DNA of 16,752 bases from Chlamydiia bacterium (GCA_049314435.1 JBMOFD010000038.1:1-16752); one strand, 5' to 3'. Counted from the stretch's first letter, positions 6,373 through 14,969 are shown. The notes: generated from the sequence alone by a model not told the origin. Program-made: numbers and translations.

Positions 6373-9222
6373 ATGTCTTTAGAGTCCATGTCTGCCTTAC
6401 AACCTGACCGCCGAGTCTTCGCACCGGCCCCCGTTGTAGCGCCTCCGTCGGCCTGGACTGTTGCCTTAGCCTTTTTGGCGACCGTGGGCTTAGGACGCCT
6501 CACCTATTTGGCTGCTCAGCAGACCTCGATTGCTCTCGGCGCGCTCTCTCTGACGGGCACAGCCCTGCTTTCGCTCCAAGTCGCCTTGAGCTTGGCCACG
6601 GCTTTCATGCTCGCCAAGGCTATCCAGCTAGCCTATCAAAGGCTGACCTATAGACCGCCAGCTCCGGCCCCGCTTCTGGATGCTGAGGATCCGGCAGTGC
6701 ATGATGGCGAGGAGATGCAGAGGCCGCCATCCCCAGCTCCGGGCGCTGAGGATGGCGCTATCCGGGATGCAGAGGAACTGTTGCCCTTTCGTCTCCATCC
6801 CGGATCGGCCTCTGGCCATCCCGGCAGCGACAGACCCAAAGAGTTCATCTCGACTGAGAGCCTTCCAGCAGCGGAGTCAGGCAGCAGCTCTTCAGCCCAA
6901 GTGTCCGGACTTTCGTCCGATGCATCGCCTACCCTTGTGGATCTAAGCATACAACAGCCCCTCAAGGAAGAGACTTCAGCCTCTCCCGTCGCCGTGAATC
7001 AAGAGGGGGCATCTACCACGCAGCCTCTAGAGGTCCCCCGAGCCCGACCATCGACAGTCAGATGCTCTTCAATGGGATGCGCGCACGTACCCCGCTTGGC
7101 CACCCGCATGCAAACAGCTGAGTGCCGCGGAGCGAATGCCTTTAGCCTGCAGAGTCTTCTGGACTGCTCGCCTGCTTCGCAGATCGACCAACACTTTCTT
7201 TGGCTAGAGATCGCCGAGCGCCATATACGAACTCAACCAGCGGCGGGCGAACATGGGGAAATCCTGCGAGAAGTTCAAACCCTGCGAGCTAAATTCACCA
7301 AAATCCTCAATGACACCTCTCTAAGCCTACAAAAGCGCTGTGAAGCCATTCATAACGCGGTAAATGATTCCCTGATTGGCCATAAGACTGTCAGTAACAG
7401 CTCGCCTGCATGGCGTTCTTTCTATGAATACCTATCCATTTCATGGCTGACCAAGCCACTGCAGGCCTATACGGCGCCGCTCATGGTCTCGTTGTGGAAC
7501 AGGCACCGTTCAGCACAAACTGGTGCCTGTTCCCATCATTCCCTCACTGCCCTCATGAGCGAGCTCTCAGCAGCCATCCGATCGACGCAGACCTTCATTG
7601 GGCCCTACGTGAATGGCGTGTGGGATGTGGCCCGCGCGACGGCTATCCATTTCAGATCGATCTACGAGACCAATCCTTCAACGGAATTTCTAACGATCAC
7701 CAGCATGGAAAGCGCTAAAAATGGCCGACGCACCCTGCACCAAACTAAAGTGCTAAGAAGCCCCCTGCTCTGTCAGCAGACGAGCAGCAATGCCCTCGTG
7801 CAAGGAGGCCGCGGGTTGTTGGCCACGGTAGCCGCTGTGTGCCGCATTCCTGGGCTCGCCCCGAAGACGATGGCCTTGATCCCTGAGGCTGAATGCGCTC
7901 TTCAGTCAGGCAGAAGCATCATGTACCTCTCCTTCCTGAATGAAACGCCCAAGAAGAAAGGTGAGGCCGTTGAACCTGGGGCTCTTCATGCCTTGCGACA
8001 GGCGGCTTGGAACCATCCTACCTTTGAACTCTTAGAGATCAACCTCAACAAGCTCGTTGAGGAGGCCCCTCAACACCGTGATGAACTTTTCCAGTATCTG
8101 GCCAGCGAGCTACGTAGTGATCCTTTGGTCGCAGACACCGCCCACCCGAAACCCCTAGACCATTTGATCTCTACTGACCCTAAGCTGGCAGCTCAGTGGG
8201 ACAAGTTTCACAGTCTGGCCACAGAGGTGGCGAACCAGCTCCAGTCGCCGGACGAAGAGAAAGCAGCCTCCCAAAAGGCCGCAGCCTATCTCCTGATCAT
8301 GGTGGCGCTGTTGCGGGTTCAGCTCATCGCTGACTTTCACCCCGACCTATTCGCAGCCATTTGCAAAGACGGCATGGACCGCGCAGGGGCAATGAACATG
8401 GTCTTCGGACTCGTCGCGCTGTGGCTGGCAGGAGGCTCTCCAGACACTATCCGAGCCGCCAGCGAAACTCTGCTCATGCAATGCCTGGCCGCATGCTTCT
8501 TGGCTAAGGGCAAGTCGATCAACAAGACTTGGGGCGGCTACCTACGTAGCCTCCTCGAGGTCCTCGAAGGCAATCCCAAACCATTCAAAGATCGCCTCCA
8601 CGATCTCTTCCCACAGGATCTCAGCGTCGGGCCCGTCCTCGATGTGGCGCTTCCTAATGAGGGCTGTGTCGTCGATCCAGCCTCCCCCAGCATGGCCTAC
8701 TATTTGGCCTCGGGATCCGAACCAAAACGAGTCGCCGCCTATGTGGCCTCGATGAAGAGTGGTGCCGAGGGTCGAGCTCCTTGGGAAACGCCAGCACATA
8801 TTCGCCATGCTGTGGTGATGGCGCGCTCTTCTCCGGGCACGCCCATGTCATCTCAAGTGACAGAAGCCATTTTGACTCATATCCGAGCGGAATTCCTCCC
8901 AGCGGCGGCCTGTTCCGCCACCGGCTTATCTACAATCGCCCAGGGAGCCCTCACATTGCGTTCTTCTCCCGCGTCCGCCGGCACCTCCAGCAACGCTACA
9001 AGTGACGACCAAACAGGAGAGGGAGGATGGCAAATGAGCATCGACGTCCGCTTGCCATCCGGCGCGATTGAGAAATTCTACCTTGGCGGAAGCTGGTCCT
9101 GCGGATCACCAGATGATCTAGGCCGACGAGTGCTGTCCTATTCGGTGCATCGTCTGCAGCGAAGAGGCACAGCTTCGCCTCCCAAAGTCTCGGTTTCCGG
9201 GAAGCCAAACGCATCCACTTGA
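6373..9222 (+). CDS. Large effector-like protein: N-terminal bilobed hydrophobic domain, Pro/Ser-rich linker, C-terminal CX5R phosphatase-like domain
   Basis: 949 aa from ATG 6373 (RBS GAGAGGG). Hydrophobic residues about 27-88; CKDGMDRAG begins at 8362, preceded by a beta-strand-like LFAAI and followed by a hydrophobic helix. The CDS is secure; the function is inferred. Confidence 0.75.
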   Translation: MSLESMSALQPDRRVFAPAPVVAPPSAWTVALAFLATVGLGRLTYLAAQQTSIALGALSLTGTALLSLQVALSLATAFMLAKAIQLAYQRLTYRPPAPAPLLDAEDPAVHDGEEMQRPPSPAPGAEDGAIRDAEELLPFRLHPGSASGHPGSDRPKEFISTESLPAAESGSSSSAQVSGLSSDASPTLVDLSIQQPLKEETSASPVAVNQEGASTTQPLEVPRARPSTVRCSSMGCAHVPRLATRMQTAECRGANAFSLQSLLDCSPASQIDQHFLWLEIAERHIRTQPAAGEHGEILREVQTLRAKFTKILNDTSLSLQKRCEAIHNAVNDSLIGHKTVSNSSPAWRSFYEYLSISWLTKPLQAYTAPLMVSLWNRHRSAQTGACSHHSLTALMSELSAAIRSTQTFIGPYVNGVWDVARATAIHFRSIYETNPSTEFLTITSMESAKNGRRTLHQTKVLRSPLLCQQTSSNALVQGGRGLLATVAAVCRIPGLAPKTMALIPEAECALQSGRSIMYLSFLNETPKKKGEAVEPGALHALRQAAWNHPTFELLEINLNKLVEEAPQHRDELFQYLASELRSDPLVADTAHPKPLDHLISTDPKLAAQWDKFHSLATEVANQLQSPDEEKAASQKAAAYLLIMVALLRVQLIADFHPDLFAAICKDGMDRAGAMNMVFGLVALWLAGGSPDTIRAASETLLMQCLAACFLAKGKSINKTWGGYLRSLLEVLEGNPKPFKDRLHDLFPQDLSVGPVLDVALPNEGCVVDPASPSMAYYLASGSEPKRVAAYVASMKSGAEGRAPWETPAHIRHAVVMARSSPGTPMSSQVTEAILTHIRAEFLPAAACSATGLSTIAQGALTLRSSPASAGTSSNATSDDQTGEGGWQMSIDVRLPSGAIEKFYLGGSWSCGSPDDLGRRVLSYSVHRLQRRGTASPPKVSVSGKPNAST
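6652..6783 (+). repeat. Degenerate two-unit in-frame tandem repeat (23 and 21 aa)
   Basis: RPPAPAPLLDAEDPAVHDGEEMQ / RPPSPAP--GAEDGAIRDAEELL; GCTGAGGAT occurs in both units. Confidence 0.7.
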
Positions 9223-9348
9223 CCGCGGGCCGGAATATATAGACATATTTTTTACCTACGAAAGAGGCGACCCAAGCGGCAGGACTTGGTGAAGGAGGCT
9301 TCTCAGGTAGATGTACCCCAAATTGGCCCTGTTCGGCTTGTCTTTTTG

Positions 9349-9373
9349 AAAGGCCCCATCGGCCTTTTACTTT
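9349..9373 (+). terminator. Hairpin with T-rich tail; possible intrinsic terminator or operator
   Basis: AAAGGCC CCATC GGCCTTT followed by TACTTT, between the effector-like gene and the helicase. Confidence 0.45.
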
Positions 9374-9421
9374 AAAATGAGAGCATTATTTGTGCTCACG
9401 TTGCATAATAGCTGCGTTGAT

Positions 9422-10690
9422 ATGGAATTTTCTGACCTGGGGCTGGACCCCATTATTCTGGAAGCGCTCAAGCGCCTCCAACACGCAGTGCCCACCCCTG
9501 TCCAACAGCGGGTCATCCCACTAGCACTTGAAGGCAAAGACCTACTCGTCTCTTCCCACACGGGAAGCGGTAAGACAGGTGCTTTTGTCCTACCCGCTCT
9601 GCAACGTCTCATTGAAAATCGTGCTAAAGGGCTCGATTCTTCAGGTGCTCAGGTGCTGATCGTGACTCCTACTCGAGAACTGGCGCTCCAGGTCGAGAAG
9701 GCAATCCATGGCTATGCAGCCGGCCAACGTGGTGTGCGTACAGCATGCCTCATCGGCGGAGCACCCTTTGGCTTGCAGCAACGTGCTCTCCGCAGGGGCA
9801 CAGAAATCATCATCGCGACACCTGGTCGACTCCTCGACCATCTCAGCCGCGGTCCTCTCCTTGATGATGTCAGCATCCTCGTTCTGGATGAAGCTGACCG
9901 CATGTTGGATATGGGCTTCTCGGATGATATCGAAGCGATCGTTGAGGCCCTGCCTGAGCACCAGACGCTCCTCTTCTCCGCCACACTGGACGGAAAGGTG
10001 GCTCATCTCGCCAAGCGTTACACTCGTGATCCGCTCCGGATTGAGATTGAGCAAGAGATCGATTCGTTGGTCTTGACTCAGCTCGTCCACATGGCCGATG
10101 ACCTCCGTCACAAGTTCCGTCTTCTCGAAGCGGTCCTGAATGGCGAAGGCGTTCATCAGACGATCGTCTTCACCGCGACCAAGTCTGCGGCTGAAGAGAT
10201 TGCTGAACAGCTCTGTGATCAAGGGTATGCCGCGGCTGCTCTGCACGGAGATATGTCTCAGCGAGCTCGTTGCCGTGTGATCCGTCATGTTCACGAAGGT
10301 AAAGTCACGACTCTCGTGGCCACCGACGTGGCTGCCCGCGGGATCGACGTCGCCACGATCAGTCACGTGGTGAACTTCGACCTACCGATGGACACAGAGA
10401 ACTACGTCCACCGCATCGGACGTACAGCACGTGCTGGCCGAAGCGGGACCTCCATCACCTTCGTATCCAATGCGGACCGAAGGAAGTTGGTGGACATCGA
10501 GCGCATGCTCGGGACGCAGATCGAAGTGAAAGAGATCCCAGGTCTGGAGCCACGAGTTCGTCAACGCGCGCTCCCTCCAGAGCGTCAAGGGCATCCAAGA
10601 GAACCTCGCGGTTCGTTCCAAGGTCGTCGCGGACCCTCAACGTTCCGCGATTCCCACCGTCCCATGCGTAAGGGCCACGCTGCAAGATAG
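9422..10690 (+). CDS. ATP-dependent DEAD-box RNA helicase (RhlE-like architecture, short basic tail)
   Basis: Q-motif FSDLGL...PTPVQ, TGSGKT, PTRELA, TPGRL, DEAD, SAT, ARGID, HRIGRTAR; Arg/Gly-rich C-terminus. Start placed at ATG 9422 (MEFSDLGL) from family N-termini; the ORF track starts at 9377. Confidence 0.97.
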   Translation: MEFSDLGLDPIILEALKRLQHAVPTPVQQRVIPLALEGKDLLVSSHTGSGKTGAFVLPALQRLIENRAKGLDSSGAQVLIVTPTRELALQVEKAIHGYAAGQRGVRTACLIGGAPFGLQQRALRRGTEIIIATPGRLLDHLSRGPLLDDVSILVLDEADRMLDMGFSDDIEAIVEALPEHQTLLFSATLDGKVAHLAKRYTRDPLRIEIEQEIDSLVLTQLVHMADDLRHKFRLLEAVLNGEGVHQTIVFTATKSAAEEIAEQLCDQGYAAAALHGDMSQRARCRVIRHVHEGKVTTLVATDVAARGIDVATISHVVNFDLPMDTENYVHRIGRTARAGRSGTSITFVSNADRRKLVDIERMLGTQIEVKEIPGLEPRVRQRALPPERQGHPREPRGSFQGRRGPSTFRDSHRPMRKGHAAR

Positions 10691-10704
10691 CGCCCACTGC
10701 CTCC

Positions 10705-10739
10705 GGAACTTCCTAGACCCTAGCGGTCTAGGAAGTTCC
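10705..10739. terminator. Perfect 15-bp inverted repeat with a 5-nt loop after the helicase stop
   Basis: GGAACTTCCTAGACC ctagc GGTCTAGGAAGTTCC; no U-tract on either side, so the terminator role is uncertain. Confidence 0.55.
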
Positions 10740-10811
10740 TCAAGGCTCCCCTGACCAAGATCTGGTCGAACGTTCTACAATCGCTTCTATCTTTAAGTGA
10801 GTACTTTCTTT

Positions 10812-11126
10812 ATGGAATGGCTCTGGCTTTTTCTCGCTGGTCTTGCCGAAATCGGATGGATGATCGGTCTCAAATTTTCTGAAGGATTCACACGCCTCTG
10901 GTGGTCCGTGGCCATGCTCGCCTCGATGGCGTTGAGCATGTTCTGCCTCGCTCTAGCAATCCGTTCAATCCCCATGGGAACGGCCTATGCGATCTGGACG
11001 GGGATCGGTGCTGCGGGCATTGCTCTGATTGGCATCTATTTTTTTGGAGAACCTCGCACAGCCTTGCGGCTGGGCTGTATCGCTCTCATTGTTTTGGGCA
11101 TCCTGGGTCTCAAGGCTTCCTCGTAG
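10812..11126 (+). CDS. sugE: SMR-family exporter, Gdx/SugE (guanidinium exporter) subtype
   Basis: 104 aa, 4 TM segments; W..L.LAG..E.GW..GLK.SEGFTR, IPMGTAYAIWTGIG, FFGE, G..GLK. Likely start is ATG 10812. Confidence 0.92.
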   Translation: MEWLWLFLAGLAEIGWMIGLKFSEGFTRLWWSVAMLASMALSMFCLALAIRSIPMGTAYAIWTGIGAAGIALIGIYFFGEPRTALRLGCIALIVLGILGLKASS

Positions 11127-11156
11127 AGAAAATCTACGCCTCAGCGGGCTCCAGTT

Positions 11157-11918
11157 CTAGCCACGAAGATGTCGGTAGCCCATCTTCGCTGCCTGCCCCG
11201 TCGCAACTACCACTGCAAAGCCCATAATGGCGGCATCTGCCATCAAGACAACATTCCACATAGGCCATGTGTACACCACAGTGCCCAGCGCGAATGAATA
11301 GCCCGCACCCGTCTCGATCAGCGACCACCATCCCTGCATCCACAATGCTGCGAAGTCCTTGTCACTAAAAAATCCCCTATTACCATTTTGCGCCTGGATG
11401 ACCACGTCAATGAAGAACAGAATCAAGCCAAGAACGGCCATAGGCACAATCCCTAGCAGCACGGGAATCGCTGGCACAATGGCGAGCGCTGCATTGAGGA
11501 TAACGCAGGCTAGGAGTGCCTTTCCGAGCACATCCAGCGGGCTGTTGACATGGGGAGCTGGCTCTGCTCGAAGCCTTGCTGGTACGTCAATCCGAGCCGG
11601 CGCAGCACGCTGCGGTACCTCTGCGTCACGACGAGGCGGCATGACTGGCCGAGGAGGCACCTGAACTGGCCGTCGAGGACTGTTCCCTGCACAACAAGAC
11701 ACCACCTCCGGCACAGACGCAGCGACCTCCTGCTCTCTTGGGGGGGGCTCTTGGTTCCTAGCTACACCTGCTCCCGCAGCATCTACAGCTTCCAAGTCGG
11801 GCCGCCCATTGGGATTGATCTCCTGAGGATCAAAAAAGACATCTCCATCCGGGTCTACTTCGGGCTCAACCGGGACATAGAACGACATTTGGGCTAGCCC
11901 ACTAGATAGAGGATTCAC
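11157..11918 (-). CDS. Hypothetical membrane protein, Inc-like (disordered N-half, hydrophobic hairpins in the C-half)
   Basis: GTG start with an AAGGAG RBS; acidic/Pro-rich residues 1-128; continuous hydrophobic stretch at about 134-174 and a second at about 189-240. Confidence 0.75.
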   Translation of the reverse strand: MNPLSSGLAQMSFYVPVEPEVDPDGDVFFDPQEINPNGRPDLEAVDAAGAGVARNQEPPPREQEVAASVPEVVSCCAGNSPRRPVQVPPRPVMPPRRDAEVPQRAAPARIDVPARLRAEPAPHVNSPLDVLGKALLACVILNAALAIVPAIPVLLGIVPMAVLGLILFFIDVVIQAQNGNRGFFSDKDFAALWMQGWWSLIETGAGYSFALGTVVYTWPMWNVVLMADAAIMGFAVVVATGQAAKMGYRHLRG

Positions 11919-12245
11919 CGGCTTCTCCTTGGTGTCATGATCAGCTTCGTCCCCAGAGTGTAGATTTAGGCTGCAAACCGTTGATTAAGACGGATTTATC
12001 GCCCTTAGAATGGCCGGATCCTCGAAGATGGTCTTTAGCATTAGACCGACCATGTTGCGGAGCAAGGCCAAGCCAACCTTCCTCATGGCTCTAGCCGTCT
12101 ACCAGCTCATGTGGTACAAGACGACTAGAGTCTGCGGATCGCAGAAAACGCCTAGTAGTCGGTCCCAGTCGTCCCCCTTCCGACCTCTCCTAGTCGTTAC
12201 GATCCACATTTTCTCTGATCCAATCTGTCCTATCGAGGTCAAGGC

Positions 12246-14969
12246 ATGACAAAACAGCGACAAGGGTCCCAAGCAGCCGACACGCTGCTCGCGACACGCC
12301 GCAATGATTGGCATGCCCTTCCTGTTGACGAGGTTCTGGCCATCCTGCAGGTCGACAGGGCCTCAGGGCTTCATCAGGAGAGCGTCCGGCATCGCCAGGC
12401 AGAGTATGGACTGAATCGACCAACACCGCGCGCTAGGCGCTCGAGGTGGCGCCGCCTGTTCGACCAGCTCATTCAGCCTCTGGACCTCCTGCTGCTGGTA
12501 GCCGCCATCATTGCGGCAGCGGTGGCAGACTGGGTTGACTGTGGCATCATTGTCGCGGTCGTCTTGATCATGTGCGGCACGGGGTACTTTCAAGAGGACC
12601 GTGCTGAACGAGCCTTGGACAGCCTCAAGGCGATGGCACCTCATCATGCTCGAGTCCTCAGGGATGGAACTGTCCACCGCCTTTCAGCTGAAGAGCTGGT
12701 CCCCGGCGACATCATCCTCCTGAGTGGAGGTGACCGCATCCCAGCCGATCTCCGTCTCACTGAAGCCATCCACTTGACCACGGATGAATCGAGCCTAACC
12801 GGGGAATCCAATCCCGCCAATAAACATGTCTCCGTCCTATCGATCTCGACACCTCTCGCTGAACGGGCCTGCATGGTGTACGGGGGCACCTTCGTAGCGA
12901 CTGGCAAGGGGATGGGGGTCGTGGTAGAGACGGGCGATCGCACTGAAATCGGACGCATTGCCCGGCTTGTCTCCCATGTGGAAAAGCCTCTAACGCCCTT
13001 GGGCGCCCAGCTCGACTATCTGAGTCGATGGCTTCTTCTCATCATTGGCTCTCTAGCTACCTTGGCCTTTGTGATTGGAGTCGCTCAGGGAGAGTCGATG
13101 CAGATGATGCTCATGGCCTCCCTGGCCATGACAGTCTCCATGATCCCGGAAGGCCTCCCTGCAGCCCTCACGATCACCCTGGCCATCGGTGTGGTGCGGA
13201 TGGCACGTCGACGTGCCATCATTCGTCATCTGCCCGCTGTGGAGACCCTCGGCTCCTGCACCATGATCTGCTCCGACAAGACTGGCACTCTCACGACCAA
13301 CCAGATGACGGTCGAGAAGGTGTACGCTGGCCTCGACCACTTCACTTTGGCTCCCGATGGAAGGATCCTACACGCAGGCAAACGGGTTGACCTCAAAGAC
13401 CATGTGGCTCTGCAGATGCTGGCGGAGGCTTGTGCTCTAGCACGCGAACATGACTATACGGCCGCGGAGCGCAGCCCAACGCACCAAGGGGATCCCACCG
13501 AGGCCGCTTTAGTCAGCTTTGCGCAGCGCACCGACACACTCTTCGATCGTCAGCTCATCGACCTCCTCCCCTTTGACTCCAAGCGCGGGAACATGGCCGT
13601 TCTTATAGAAATCCCAGAAGAGAATCGATTACAGCTGTGGACCAAGGGAGGCCCGGAGAGGATTCTCCCTGGTTGTGCATATTTGCTGAACCAAGACGGG
13701 CAGACTGTGCCCATGGATGCCGCGACCATACAGCAAGCAGCGGATCAGCTCGCCGAAGCCGGGTATCGAGTCCTTGCCTTTGCCACAAAGGACCTCCATG
13801 CATCCCAAACAGCCCTCCAGGCCACGCACCTCCATGAAGGCTTGACGTTCGTGGGACTCGTGGGGCTGCAAGACCCACCTCGCGCTGATGCCCATGAATC
13901 CCTGATGATCTGCCGCACAGCAGGTATCCAGGTGAAGATGATCACGGGCGACCATCCGCTGACGGCCAAAGCCATTGCGACGCAACTGGCTATCCTACCG
14001 AGAAATTCTCCTCACATGCTCATCGTAGGAAGTCGTCTCGAGCAGATGTCTGATGAGGAGCTCGGGGCTGCTGCGAGGGACTGCTCCGTGTTTGCTCGAG
14101 TCACTCCCGAACAAAAATACCGACTCGTTCAAGCCCTGCAAAAACAGGGTGAGGTGGTAGCCATGACGGGCGATGGCGTCAACGATGCTCCAGCGCTGCG
14201 CCAGGCCGATATCGGCGTGGCCATGGGACTCCGCGGAACCGATGTGGCTCGACAATCCTCAGATATGGTCCTCACGGATGATTGCTTTGGTTCGATCGTC
14301 GCGGCGATCGAAGAGGGTCGTGGCGTCTACGACACCCTTTGCAAAGTGCTGCTCTGGACCCTGCCTACCAACTGCGCTGAGGGCCTCCTCGTCCTGATCG
14401 CCATGGTCCTGGGTATGGACCTACCGCTGCTACCGATCCAGCTTCTCTGGATTAACCTGACCACCGCTGTGGTCCTTGGGCTCACCCTGGTCTTTGAACC
14501 ACCCGAACCCGACCTCATGCAGCGTCCACCAAGAACGCCCTCAGCGGTCCTGTGGACACGACCGCTCCAATACCGAACGGTCCTTGTCGCCTGCCTGATG
14601 CTCACTGGAGCCTTCTGGCAATTCTGGATGCATGTAGGCACCACGCCTGACACTCTTGCTGTTGCTCGTACAGTCGTGGTCAATACGATCATCTTATGCG
14701 AAGCGGCCTACCTGCTCGCATGCCGCTCACTCCTCAAGTCGTTTTGGCAGCTGCCTCCCTTTAGCAACCACTGGCTGATCGTCGGTATCGTTGGATCGAT
14801 CTTGGTCCAATTGGCCTTCACTTACCTTCCTTTCATGCAGTCGATCTTCCAGACCAGGGCAGTAGATCTTGTCTGCTGGGGTGAAAGCGCAGCCATCGCC
14901 ATCGGACTGCTCGCTATCGTCGAGCTAGAAAAGGCATGGCAGCGCAGGCGGGTCCAACGGAAAGCCTAG
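12246..14969 (+). CDS. Cation-transporting P-type ATPase (P2-type, CtpF/PacL-like)
   Basis: TGES, IPEGLP, CSDKTGTLT, KGGPE, DPPR, MITGD, TGDGVNDAPAL; M5 TNCAE and M6 LWINLTTA; 907 aa; GAGGT RBS. Confidence 0.96.
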   Translation: MTKQRQGSQAADTLLATRRNDWHALPVDEVLAILQVDRASGLHQESVRHRQAEYGLNRPTPRARRSRWRRLFDQLIQPLDLLLLVAAIIAAAVADWVDCGIIVAVVLIMCGTGYFQEDRAERALDSLKAMAPHHARVLRDGTVHRLSAEELVPGDIILLSGGDRIPADLRLTEAIHLTTDESSLTGESNPANKHVSVLSISTPLAERACMVYGGTFVATGKGMGVVVETGDRTEIGRIARLVSHVEKPLTPLGAQLDYLSRWLLLIIGSLATLAFVIGVAQGESMQMMLMASLAMTVSMIPEGLPAALTITLAIGVVRMARRRAIIRHLPAVETLGSCTMICSDKTGTLTTNQMTVEKVYAGLDHFTLAPDGRILHAGKRVDLKDHVALQMLAEACALAREHDYTAAERSPTHQGDPTEAALVSFAQRTDTLFDRQLIDLLPFDSKRGNMAVLIEIPEENRLQLWTKGGPERILPGCAYLLNQDGQTVPMDAATIQQAADQLAEAGYRVLAFATKDLHASQTALQATHLHEGLTFVGLVGLQDPPRADAHESLMICRTAGIQVKMITGDHPLTAKAIATQLAILPRNSPHMLIVGSRLEQMSDEELGAAARDCSVFARVTPEQKYRLVQALQKQGEVVAMTGDGVNDAPALRQADIGVAMGLRGTDVARQSSDMVLTDDCFGSIVAAIEEGRGVYDTLCKVLLWTLPTNCAEGLLVLIAMVLGMDLPLLPIQLLWINLTTAVVLGLTLVFEPPEPDLMQRPPRTPSAVLWTRPLQYRTVLVACLMLTGAFWQFWMHVGTTPDTLAVARTVVVNTIILCEAAYLLACRSLLKSFWQLPPFSNHWLIVGIVGSILVQLAFTYLPFMQSIFQTRAVDLVCWGESAAIAIGLLAIVELEKAWQRRRVQRKA

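Noticed and set aside
6841..6861. EFISTES as a possible FFAT-like motif in the large effector-like protein
   Set aside because: Poor core match, and the upstream flank is basic (RPK) rather than acidic.
9641..10366. 241-aa antisense ORF within the helicase (and the 236-aa off-frame ORF 2704-3414 within aroDE)
   Set aside because: Shadow frames of well-conserved genes in GC-rich DNA; no recognisable motifs.
11740..11747. G8 homopolymer in the Inc-like gene as a phase-variation tract
   Set aside because: Short, explained by three Pro codons, and the frame is intact.
12010..12249. 79-aa ORF upstream of the ATPase as a protein-coding gene
   Set aside because: No RBS or recognisable protein features; kept only as a possible part of the leader.
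14440..14500. M6 LWINLTTA lacking the SERCA D800-equivalent Asp, suggesting a defective pump
   Set aside because: This variant is typical of the CtpF-like bacterial subfamily, and all catalytic motifs are intact.
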